Source: an uncultured Dehalococcoidia bacterium (lineage in GTDB: Bacteria; Chloroflexota; Dehalococcoidia; Lucifugimonadales; UBA1123). Taken from it: a stretch of DNA of 64,000 bases. Location of the stretch: the NCBI GenBank assembly GCA_964640295.1, contig CAZXFX010000015.1, forward strand, positions 32-64,031, in the 5' to 3' direction. The translations under genes and the position numbers were made by a program. This document shows positions 8,264 through 16,430 of this stretch, one piece after another; positions within the stretch are counted from its first letter, which is position 1, and every line of letters starts with the position of its first letter. A model generated the notes under the pieces. The model did not search any database. It saw nothing but the letters and a program-made list of their open reading frames with translations, and was not told the origin of the DNA.

Positions 8264-10390
8264 ATGGAGATTGATTATATGGACTCACAGCCAACCCTCT
8301 CGCTGAGTATAGATATTGGGGGCACGTTTACGGATTTCACTCTGCACGATACGGCCACAGGCGACCTCAGAGTCCACAAGACGCTCACTGATCCAGACAA
8401 TCCCGCTCGCGCTCTAATCCAGGGACTGCGCGAACTGCTCGATGAAGTCGGTTTCAGCCCTGAGGGCCTCAGACTTGTCGTTCACAGCACAACCCTCGCC
8501 ACCAACTCGATCATCGAGCGAAAAGGCGCCAAGACAGCGCTGCTCACCACCAAGGGGTTCAGGGATATCCTCGAGTTCGGCAGAGAGCAGATCTACGATA
8601 TGCACGACCTTCACGCCCAATACCCCGATCCCATTATCCCCAGAAGCCGCAGGGTGGAAGTGTCCGAGCGCATAGACAGGGACGGGACCGAACTCATCCC
8701 CCTCGATCTCGACAGCGCGGCGGCGGCCATCCATGAACTGGTCGGGCAGGGCGTCGAGTCATTGGCGGTGTCGCTGCTGCACGCCTATCGAAATTCCTCC
8801 CATGAGCGAGACCTCAAGAACGCGGTCGATAACCAACATCCGCAACTGCGCGTGTCTCTGTCGTCAGAAGTCGCTCCGGTCATCAACGAGTACGAGCGCA
8901 CCTCCACAGTCGCCGCCGACGCGTACATCAAGCCGGCTGTTGGCCGATACATTAAGGGAGTGGAGAGCGATCTGAAAGAATTGGGATACAGCGGCCAGCT
9001 TCTGGTGATGCACTCTGCCGGCGGCGTGCTCAGCGCGGACGCGGCGAGCGAGCGTCCGATAAGACTTCTGGAGTCAGGGCCGGCGGCCGGCGCGCTGGCC
9101 GCCGGCTTCTATAGCGAAATGCTGGGAGAGCCTGACCTTATCTCGCTGGATATGGGAGGCACCACCGCAAAGACGTGCGTGATAGAAGGCGGGCAGCCCA
9201 GTCAGAGCAACGAGATAGAGGTGGCCAGGGTTCATCGCTTCAAGATTGGCAGCGGCCTTCCTATCTTAATACCCACCTTGGACCTGATAGAGATAGGTTC
9301 CGGCGGCGGAAGCATTGCCCATTTGGACAATCTGGGTTTGCTGCGCGTAGGCCCTCAGAGCGCGGGCGCCAGTCCGGGCCCTGCCTGCTACGCTCTGGGT
9401 GGAACCGCCCCTACGGTCACCGACGCCAACTTGCTTCTGGGGTATCTCAACCCGGACTACTTTCTGGGCGGTCGCATGACACTCGACGCGCAGGCGGCGG
9501 GTGACTCGCTTTCCGCGCTTGGCTCCCAGATGGGAATGGACGCGGTAGAAGCGGCGTGGGGCGTTTACAGCGTCGTAACCGAGAACATGGCGGCGGCGGC
9601 GCGCATCCACATCATCGGTCGCAACAAAGACCCGCGCAACTACTCGATAGTGGCGTTTGGAGGGGCGGGTCCAGCCCACGCCTGCGAAGTGGCCCGCATT
9701 CTGGGAGCCTCCAAGGTCGTAGTGCCGCTCGGCGCGGGAGTGACAGCCGCGCTTGGATGCCTCGCCGCGCCTCTCTCCTTCGAAAACATACGCTCCATAC
9801 CCGGACTGCTCGAACAGAGCGACTGGAACGCGGTCAACCGCGCGTTCAGCGAAATGGAAGAACTTGGACGCCAGACGCTCGCCAACTCCGGCGTCGCCGA
9901 CTCAGACGTCATCCTCACCCCATCAGCCGACATGCGACTTCAGGGGCAGATACACGAAATAACAGTCCCTGTCCCCGTCGCGCCGCTCTCCGATTCGGAC
10001 GTGGACGGCATAAGCGCCGATTTCCACCAGATATACCAGGAACTGTATAGCCGTCGAAATCTCAGCCTGCCCATCGAGGTCCAGAACTGGCGTCTTCTGG
10101 TTAGCGGCCCCAAACCGTCGCTCCAACTTAGACAGCGAGAATCTGGGTCCAAAGACGCCAGTTCCGCAGTCAAGGGGATGCGAAAGGCGTACTTTGCCAA
10201 CGCGCGCGGGCCAAACCAGGGCGGGTTCGTGGACTGCCCAATATACGACCGCTATGAGTTGCCAGTAGGCGCCGAACTGGAAGGTCCCGCGATAATCGAA
10301 GAAGCCGAAGCGACCACCTTGGTGCGCCCCGGCGACAGCGCGTCCGTTGACCCGTGGCTAAACCTCAGGATTAGCGTTTCGGGAGGATAA
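8264..10390 (+). CDS. hyuA: Hydantoinase/oxoprolinase A subunit
   Basis: 708 aa. N-terminal SIDIGGTFTDF and the central ISLDMGGTTAK actin-like ATPase motifs are typical of Hydantoinase_A. Confidence 0.9.
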   Translation: MEIDYMDSQPTLSLSIDIGGTFTDFTLHDTATGDLRVHKTLTDPDNPARALIQGLRELLDEVGFSPEGLRLVVHSTTLATNSIIERKGAKTALLTTKGFRDILEFGREQIYDMHDLHAQYPDPIIPRSRRVEVSERIDRDGTELIPLDLDSAAAAIHELVGQGVESLAVSLLHAYRNSSHERDLKNAVDNQHPQLRVSLSSEVAPVINEYERTSTVAADAYIKPAVGRYIKGVESDLKELGYSGQLLVMHSAGGVLSADAASERPIRLLESGPAAGALAAGFYSEMLGEPDLISLDMGGTTAKTCVIEGGQPSQSNEIEVARVHRFKIGSGLPILIPTLDLIEIGSGGGSIAHLDNLGLLRVGPQSAGASPGPACYALGGTAPTVTDANLLLGYLNPDYFLGGRMTLDAQAAGDSLSALGSQMGMDAVEAAWGVYSVVTENMAAAARIHIIGRNKDPRNYSIVAFGGAGPAHACEVARILGASKVVVPLGAGVTAALGCLAAPLSFENIRSIPGLLEQSDWNAVNRAFSEMEELGRQTLANSGVADSDVILTPSADMRLQGQIHEITVPVPVAPLSDSDVDGISADFHQIYQELYSRRNLSLPIEVQNWRLLVSGPKPSLQLRQRESGSKDASSAVKGMRKAYFANARGPNQGGFVDCPIYDRYELPVGAELEGPAIIEEAEATTLVRPGDSASVDPWLNLRISVSGG

Positions 10391-10424
10391 ACGGAAAATC
10401 TTCCAGGCTACCGCCAGAACTCCT

Positions 10425-10907
10425 CTAAGACGACACGACTCGATCCGAGTCCTTGTCAGGCGCGCTGAATTCCAGCGATTCGCCCGGACGCGCTCCGAAC
10501 CATTCTCCAGGTGGAGAGCCGGCCTGCGGATTTCCCATAGCTGCGGAGGCGGGCTGCCTCACCACACGCACTCCCAAGGTCGCCAGCATCTCGTCTATCT
10601 GGCTTATCGCCTCTTTCTCCGAGGGCGATGAATCTGAACCGTTCCCCGCCAGGCCCGTTCTCATATACAGAAGCTTTCCCGTAAAAGAGAGAGCCATCTG
10701 AACCCCCGCCAGATTTAGCCCCAGTCCTTCGACGAAGTGCTTTATCAACCTGAGCCTCGCCACATCCTCATCCGAGTAGGTTCGCAGGGTCCCCATTCTA
10801 AGCGGCTCGACGAAGCCCGCTCGCTCATACTTGCGCAGAGTCTGCGGATGCATGTCGAGTGTATTGGCAACCATGCTGATCAGATACATTCCTCGGGTTT
10901 GCGCCAT
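10425..10907 (-). CDS. hspR: MerR-family heat-shock regulator (HspR-like)
   Basis: N-terminal MerR HTH YLISMVANTLDMHPQTLRKYERAGFVEP...YSDEDVARLRLIKHF. Divergent from an hsp20 unit with a HAIR-like operator. Confidence 0.75.
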   Translation of the reverse strand: MAQTRGMYLISMVANTLDMHPQTLRKYERAGFVEPLRMGTLRTYSDEDVARLRLIKHFVEGLGLNLAGVQMALSFTGKLLYMRTGLAGNGSDSSPSEKEAISQIDEMLATLGVRVVRQPASAAMGNPQAGSPPGEWFGARPGESLEFSAPDKDSDRVVSS

Positions 10908-11000
10908 AATGAGTTCTCCAATTTCAGATAGACTATTTATATTCTATACATATCCTATTGTCAATAATGAGTGCGATTAGTGATATTCATATAATAATTA

Positions 11001-11030
11001 CTTGACACGTTCTGTATCAAGTACTATACT
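11001..11030 (+). promoter_or_regulatory. Sigma70-type promoter (TTGACA-N17-TATACT) overlapped by a HAIR-like inverted repeat CTTGACA-N7-TATCAAG
   Basis: -35 at 11002-11007 and -10 at 11025-11030. Inverted repeat at 11001-11007 / 11015-11021 resembles the HspR operator consensus CTTGAGT-N7-ACTCAAG. Confidence 0.65.
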
Positions 11031-11061
11031 CTATACATATAGATAACGAGGAGGTTGCGAA

Positions 11062-11265
11062 ATGGCAAACCAAGCAGTGTTAGAACGGCGCGAAGACACA
11101 GCCGGCGGTACGCTCGACCTTGCTATCGAAAGGCAGATCGAGTCCCTGCTGGAAGAGGCGGAGCGAATCGAAGACTCTACGCCCATTGAACCAAAGAAAG
11201 ACGCTCAATCCGGGTACTGGCGCTTCAGAATGCCCCAAGCCGGAGTGCGATACTACTCATTCTAA
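11062..11265 (+). CDS. Small acidic hypothetical protein, first gene of the hsp20 unit
   Basis: 67 aa. Strong RBS GAGGAGG 7 nt upstream of the ATG. No recognisable domain. Confidence 0.5.
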   Translation: MANQAVLERREDTAGGTLDLAIERQIESLLEEAERIEDSTPIEPKKDAQSGYWRFRMPQAGVRYYSF

Positions 11266-11345
11266 TCGTGAGACACCGCTCGCATAGGCATACAACCGAT
11301 CAAGAGCTAACAACCGAAAGGCATTACAAGATAAAGGAGGAAAAA

Positions 11346-11834
11346 ATGGTACAGAGATGGGACCCATTCGGCGAACTGAGACAGATGCAAAGCGCGATGG
11401 ACAGGATATGGCGCGGGTACGGGGGCGCGAGACGCGAGTCGCCCAACGCCTCAGACGAATCGCAGGGAACGTATATGGAAAACTGGGCGGTGCCCCTGGA
11501 CGTATCGCGCAGCGGCGAGGACTTTCTGATACGCGCCTCCCTGCCGGGAGTCAGTCCGGAAGACATACAAGTGTCCATCGAGGACAACGTGCTGAGCATT
11601 CGAGGCCAGACATCTGAGCAGCATCAGGAAAGCTCCGGCAACTACCTGATGCGGGAGCGCAGGACCGGCTCGTTCTACCGCTCTCTGCGCCTTCCCGACT
11701 CGGTGGACGCCGATAAGGTGGAACCTACATACGATCACGGAGTGCTGACGATCTCGATCCCGAAGGCAGAGGCCAAGAAAGCGCGCAGCCTTCAAATAAA
11801 AGTCGGCGCAAAAGAGGCCCTGGAAGGAAAGTAG
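11346..11834 (+). CDS. hsp20: Hsp20/alpha-crystallin small heat-shock protein
   Basis: MVQRWDPFGELRQMQSAMDRIW, alpha-crystallin core DVSRSGEDFLIRASLPGVSPEDIQVSIEDNVLSIRG and GVLTISIPK. AAAGGAGG RBS before the ATG at 11346 (the listed ORF start at 11268 is too early). Confidence 0.9.
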   Translation: MVQRWDPFGELRQMQSAMDRIWRGYGGARRESPNASDESQGTYMENWAVPLDVSRSGEDFLIRASLPGVSPEDIQVSIEDNVLSIRGQTSEQHQESSGNYLMRERRTGSFYRSLRLPDSVDADKVEPTYDHGVLTISIPKAEAKKARSLQIKVGAKEALEGK

Positions 11835-11866
11835 GCGGCGTCCCTCCTTCTTTCTCTTAGTTGAGA

Positions 11867-11908
11867 AGTCGCGGCGATGGTCATAACCGTCGCCGCGACT
11901 TTGCTTTC
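11867..11908 (+). terminator. Rho-independent terminator after hsp20
   Basis: 14-bp stem AGTCGCGGCGATGG / CCGTCGCCGCGACT (one G-U pair), loop TCATAA, followed by TTGCTTTCT. Confidence 0.7.
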
Positions 11909-12049
11909 TGAGCATCCAGAAGAGTCGCAAATGTAGCTCATACTATGAGCGCGATTATGAGACACTGAAGCGCGCTCCGATACTCTAGCGTGGACTCTCG
12001 CCAGCCTGTTCCATAGATCGCGCTGTTCAGCAGGCAGCCTGGCGCGTTC

Positions 12050-13798
12050 TCACGACGCGGTGACGGAACAGTATTCCAGAAGGGCTGATCTGCCCACGAC
12101 ATCTATGATCCTCACCATCATATCTTTCCCGTTTGAATCGGTCAGCGTCAGGCTTTCTCCTAATGCAAAGTGGACAGGCTGCTGTCTTCCATCGTTGATA
12201 GAGATATTGGAAGCGTACAAGTAAGTTCGGTCAAGCGTGTCCCGAACTGGGTTTAGTCGTCCGGATAGGCCGGGTATATGGCCAGTAGCTTCTTGGAATA
12301 TCAGCGATCCGCCGTCGGGCTTGGGGGGTAACTCGAGAGCCAGGGAGCTTTTGGCGGGAATCCATTTCTTCTCGATTCCCGCGGCAAATCCTGTCGCCGC
12401 GGCGAAGATGACCATCGGAAGATGAATCGAATATAAATTTACCCGCGCCTCTCCGTTACGGTCAGTGACTGCGTGTTTCCACGTCTTGTTCGGAAATAGA
12501 GCCAACACCTCTGCGTTTGGCAATGGATTCCCAGAACTGTGTACAGTGATCACGGCGTTGGCTGAATCGAATTCCAGGGAAGCGGCCGGGATATCAAGAC
12601 ACAGTTCCGCATTGTCTATCAGTCGAAAACTGGGCGGGGACCCGCAAAGCTCCTCGGTCTCGCGTCGAATTATGGGAACCCCGTCCCCTCGGCGCTCCAT
12701 GAAGAACTGTCTTCCGCCGGCGCCCTCGATATTTCCAGCGTTCATTCTCCCCAACACAGAAGTCAAGATTTCGTTTCGGGTGGACTGTCGCTCGCCCATG
12801 CTTTCTACCGTAAGATTGTTGGGCAAGTTTCCGGGAGAGCGAATTTCCAGTCTATCCTCGAATATTGAGAGTCTGATTGCGCTTCCCTGAATCGAGTAGT
12901 CTCTGTGGACTACCGCATTCACCAAAGCCTCGAAAATCGCCTTTACGCTGTACTGCGGCATCTCCCGCCGGGCAGGTTCTTTACGGGCCGCGACGCTCAT
13001 ATTCCTGATGACGAAGGCGAGACCTTCCCTGATTTGCTTATCAATGGGGCCAACGATGGTCTGGGAGTCGAGTTGACCGGAAGCTCTATCCAAGCCTTTG
13101 TACCTGGTCGCGTATATGCAGGCGTTGGGAAGCCAGTTTTCGGGAGACCCGCAACATAGCAGAACGCCGGCGACGGTGGCCCGAAGGGAGCCATTTCGAT
13201 CCTCGATTAGAAGCCCCATTTTTTCCAGCGCCAACGCAGGGTCAATCGCTCCTTCAACGCTAAGTAAAGGCTTCCAGAGCCACTCATCGAGCGTTCCGAA
13301 TCCTGTTCCCTCTACCGGTTGCTTGTCGAACCATAGAAATCTCGCCTGTCCTCGTCTCTGAGCGAGGCGCAGTCGTTCTTCGCTTGTCATTCTGCGCTTG
13401 GAACTGCCGACTCTGATGAAACTGCCGCCCGGGCTGTCATGCTGGGCGCTCCCTTCAGGAGTTTCTACTATGAGAACAGGCTTTCCTCCAATGTCCCGAC
13501 GAAAGATGTTCACCCTAATAGGCGGCTGTATGGAGTCCGAACACACCTCCACAATCAGATGTTCCAGTTCGTCCATCTGCTGGCGTGACATATTCCGAAT
13601 ATCGCCATCGTCAGCAACTCCGCATAGCAGCGTTCCTCCATTCGCGTTCGCAAAGGCGGCGATTTCATCAGCCAAATCATCCCGTCGAGGTCCCGTCGGC
13701 CTACTACCCGTGAAGTTGACCTCTTTGAATTCCCATAAACTGTCCTCACCCAGTTGGAGACGACGAATTATTTCCTCTTCTCTATATACCATAGGCAT
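12050..13798 (-). CDS. AlbA_2 (Schlafen-like, divergent AAA_4) + HATPase_c_4 protein with a ~190-aa beta-rich C-terminal extension
   Basis: N-terminus GEDSLWEFKEVNF...LADEIAAFANANGGTLLCGV matches AlbA_2. The middle ALVNAVVHRDYSIQGSAIRLSIFEDRLEIRSPGNLP matches HATPase_c_4. The C-terminus VITVHSSGNPLPNAEVLALFPNKTWKHAVTDRNGEARVNLYS looks like a CarboxypepD_reg/prealbumin-like sandwich. Confidence 0.75.
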   Translation of the reverse strand: MPMVYREEEIIRRLQLGEDSLWEFKEVNFTGSRPTGPRRDDLADEIAAFANANGGTLLCGVADDGDIRNMSRQQMDELEHLIVEVCSDSIQPPIRVNIFRRDIGGKPVLIVETPEGSAQHDSPGGSFIRVGSSKRRMTSEERLRLAQRRGQARFLWFDKQPVEGTGFGTLDEWLWKPLLSVEGAIDPALALEKMGLLIEDRNGSLRATVAGVLLCCGSPENWLPNACIYATRYKGLDRASGQLDSQTIVGPIDKQIREGLAFVIRNMSVAARKEPARREMPQYSVKAIFEALVNAVVHRDYSIQGSAIRLSIFEDRLEIRSPGNLPNNLTVESMGERQSTRNEILTSVLGRMNAGNIEGAGGRQFFMERRGDGVPIIRRETEELCGSPPSFRLIDNAELCLDIPAASLEFDSANAVITVHSSGNPLPNAEVLALFPNKTWKHAVTDRNGEARVNLYSIHLPMVIFAAATGFAAGIEKKWIPAKSSLALELPPKPDGGSLIFQEATGHIPGLSGRLNPVRDTLDRTYLYASNISINDGRQQPVHFALGESLTLTDSNGKDMMVRIIDVVGRSALLEYCSVTAS

Positions 13799-13805
13799 CC
13801 TTCTT

Positions 13806-14420
13806 TCATGCGGGAAACGGCTCGCAAAGCTGTCGCAGCGCCTTTTCGCCGATACCAGGACAGTAATCCTGAATCACCTCTGGAGTGAATTCACTAAGTC
13901 GCAGTCCCAGCTCTTGACGTATATTCTTGATCGCCTCCCAAGATTCTCTCAATAGAGGCTCCACAAGAGCTTCAGCCTCTCCATACTGTCCGTCGCGCCA
14001 CGCCGCTTCAGGAACGCGAAAATTCTGATACCAGGCGGCTATCCCTTCTTCGAGCCAGTTGGCGGGGCGTCCATCCACCATCTCGCTCCATGGATCGAGT
14101 AAATGGATACACTCATGGGCAAGCTGCCATCTCGCGCGGAGAGGGTCTGAAAGCGCGTTGAAGCCAAGTCGAATGATAATGTGCTTGGACCTTTTATCTG
14201 TACTGTCTGGCTCAATGCCATAGTGCGGATACCATAGCATTGGGACACTGTCAGGTGTCCTGTTGACATCAATCCCCACGAGTGAGAAAGAGCGATCTCT
14301 CGACCCAAACAGATGCTCCATGTCAGCGATGAAATAGCTGGCGTATTCAGGGAGCGACATCAAGCCATGACTTCCATCCTCCCAGCGCCCGCCAACAAAC
14401 AGACGATGAACCTCGTTCAT
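13806..14420 (-). CDS. HExxH zinc metallopeptidase-like protein (gluzincin-like)
   Basis: LAHECIHLLDPW (HExxH) followed 18 residues later by LEEGIAAWY. GGAGG lies 6 nt before the ATG at 14420 (the listed ORF starts at TTG 14459). The stop is 7 nt upstream of the AlbA_2 gene start, so the two genes form an operon. Confidence 0.6.
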   Translation of the reverse strand: MNEVHRLFVGGRWEDGSHGLMSLPEYASYFIADMEHLFGSRDRSFSLVGIDVNRTPDSVPMLWYPHYGIEPDSTDKRSKHIIIRLGFNALSDPLRARWQLAHECIHLLDPWSEMVDGRPANWLEEGIAAWYQNFRVPEAAWRDGQYGEAEALVEPLLRESWEAIKNIRQELGLRLSEFTPEVIQDYCPGIGEKALRQLCEPFPA

Positions 14421-14474
14421 ATAGCGCCTCCAAACCTCAACGAGGTCGGTCCTTATCAATATCCGACTAGATCA

Positions 14475-14503
14475 AGATTAGTATATGCTAGATTTCCGGT
14501 CAA
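14475..14503 (-). promoter_or_regulatory. Candidate promoter for the peptidase/AlbA_2 operon (TTGACC-N17-TAATCT on the minus strand)
   Basis: Reverse complement of 14498-14503 is TTGACC and of 14475-14480 is TAATCT, with a 17-nt spacer. Confidence 0.3.
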
Positions 14504-14535
14504 ACATTTCCAGAGTAATGAAACCCCCACCATCT

Positions 14536-14560
14536 CGTTCGTCCTGAGCTTGTCGAAGGA
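14536..14560. repeat. REP-like repeat fragment CGTTCGTCCTGAGCTTGTCGAAGGA
   Basis: Near-identical to 187-210 and 29530-29551. Generates the RQAQDER / LSLSKD peptides in spurious ORFs 14478..14879(-) and 14313..14570(+). Confidence 0.8.
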
Positions 14561-14709
14561 TGACTGCTAATGATCCGACAGATCCTTCACAAAGGATTTG
14601 AGTGAACTCTGAAAAGGCTCTGCTCATATTTTGGAACCTATACCAATCTGAATCCCGTTCCGATAGAATCCAACAAAAGTATCCAAAAGATAAACAGCGA
14701 GGCCATGAT

Positions 14710-16377
14710 ATGACCCAGAGAGAACAATTCGACCCCGTATCGCTGGAAATCATGTGGAGCAGGATGATCAACGTCGCTGAGGAGATGTGGACGACGATAC
14801 TGCGTACAGCCGTCTCGACCATCATCGCCTCAGCCAACGACTTCGGATGCGAGGTTCTGGACGCCGAAGGACGCTCCATCGCGCACGCCTACCGCTCCAT
14901 GCCCGTGTTCAACATGACCATGCCCAACGTCACCAAGGAGATACTCAAGAAGTATCCGGTGGACTCGATGCGCCCGGGCGACGTCTATATGACCAACGAC
15001 CCTTGGATGTGCGCCGGACACCTGCCCGACATCGCCATAGTGTCTCCCGTGTTCTACCAGGGACGCTTCGTCGGGTTCGTAGGCAATATCGCCAACACGT
15101 CTGACATTGGCGGCACCCTCGACCTCAAGCGCGTTACGGATTCCTACGAGGAAGGCATCTTCTTTCCTCTGTGCAAGCTGTACGACAACGGCGAGCCGAA
15201 CGAGTTGGCGTTCGACATGTACAGATGGAACGTGCGCGGCCCTGACATGGTGCTGACCGACATCGAAGCGCAGGTGGCCGCCAATCAGGTAGGCGCGCGA
15301 CGCATCAACGACTTTCTGGACGAATATGGCCTGGAAGACCTCGCCGCGCTGTCAGCCGCCATAAGAGGACGCTCCGCCGCCGCAATGCGCCGCGCAATCG
15401 AAGAACTGCCGGACGGCGTGTACGAAAATCATGTCTATACGGACGGTATGGGCGACCCGCTCAAGATCCAGACGCGCATCGAGATTCGCGGCGACCAGAT
15501 GCTGGTGGACTACGCCGGCTCCGCGCCGCAGATAGACCGCGGCGGACTGAACTGCACGATGATATACAGCCGCGGACACACCTACTACCCGCTCGCCTGT
15601 CTGTTGACCCCCGACGTCCCAGTGAACGAAGGCTGCTTCGAGGCGATTACGGTCACCGCGCCCGAAGGCACCATCATCAACTGCACGTTCCCCGCGTCCG
15701 TCGGCTCCAGGACCAATACCGGCTGGTACATACATGGCTGCATATTCGGCGCTCTGTCCAAAGCCGTGCCGGACAGGATTCAGGCCGGCAACGGACTCAT
15801 GTCCTCGGTTCGCGCATACGGCGAGGAGAACGATGGTCGCGTATTCAACGCCCACCTGTTCTGCGGAGGCGGGCGCGGCGCCACCAGCCAGAACGACGGC
15901 ATGGGGCTGAATATGTTTCCGTCGAGCGCGTCCAACGTGCCGGTTGAGGTGTTCGAGGTGAGCAGTCCTGCGCTGATAGAGGCGAAAGAGCTTATCCCCG
16001 ATTCTGCGGGATCCGGCAAGTTCAGAGGGAGCCCGGGTCAGCGCGTCGTACTGGGCAAACTGCCTTCTCACGCGGCTCCTCTCAACCTGTACATCCACCC
16101 CAACAGGCTGTCATTCGCGCCGCAGGGCGCGTTCGGGGGCGACGCGGGCACCAAGGCGGAAGTGATTGTGAATGGAGACAGAGTGAGTGACGACCCGCGC
16201 TCGATGACGTCCGGCGCAGTCACGCTCCGAAACGACGACGATCGCCTCACGCTCGAATTTCCCAGCGGCGGCGGTATCGGCGATCCGTCGGAGCGTCCCA
16301 AGGATATGCTGGAGACCGATATGCGGAACGGGCTGGTATCTGAGGCAGGCAAGCGCGGCGACTATATCACAATATAG
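14710..16377 (+). CDS. hyuB: Hydantoinase/oxoprolinase B subunit
   Basis: MTQREQFDPVSLEIMWSRMINVAEEMW...ASANDFGCEVLDAEG is a typical Hydantoinase_B N-terminus. The ORF-track start at 14602 runs through repeat sequence. Confidence 0.9.
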   Translation: MTQREQFDPVSLEIMWSRMINVAEEMWTTILRTAVSTIIASANDFGCEVLDAEGRSIAHAYRSMPVFNMTMPNVTKEILKKYPVDSMRPGDVYMTNDPWMCAGHLPDIAIVSPVFYQGRFVGFVGNIANTSDIGGTLDLKRVTDSYEEGIFFPLCKLYDNGEPNELAFDMYRWNVRGPDMVLTDIEAQVAANQVGARRINDFLDEYGLEDLAALSAAIRGRSAAAMRRAIEELPDGVYENHVYTDGMGDPLKIQTRIEIRGDQMLVDYAGSAPQIDRGGLNCTMIYSRGHTYYPLACLLTPDVPVNEGCFEAITVTAPEGTIINCTFPASVGSRTNTGWYIHGCIFGALSKAVPDRIQAGNGLMSSVRAYGEENDGRVFNAHLFCGGGRGATSQNDGMGLNMFPSSASNVPVEVFEVSSPALIEAKELIPDSAGSGKFRGSPGQRVVLGKLPSHAAPLNLYIHPNRLSFAPQGAFGGDAGTKAEVIVNGDRVSDDPRSMTSGAVTLRNDDDRLTLEFPSGGGIGDPSERPKDMLETDMRNGLVSEAGKRGDYITI

Positions 16378-16430
16378 CCTGTCTTCTTATAGTATAATGC
16401 CCCCACTTGGTTCAATGGAGGTCGGCTGAC

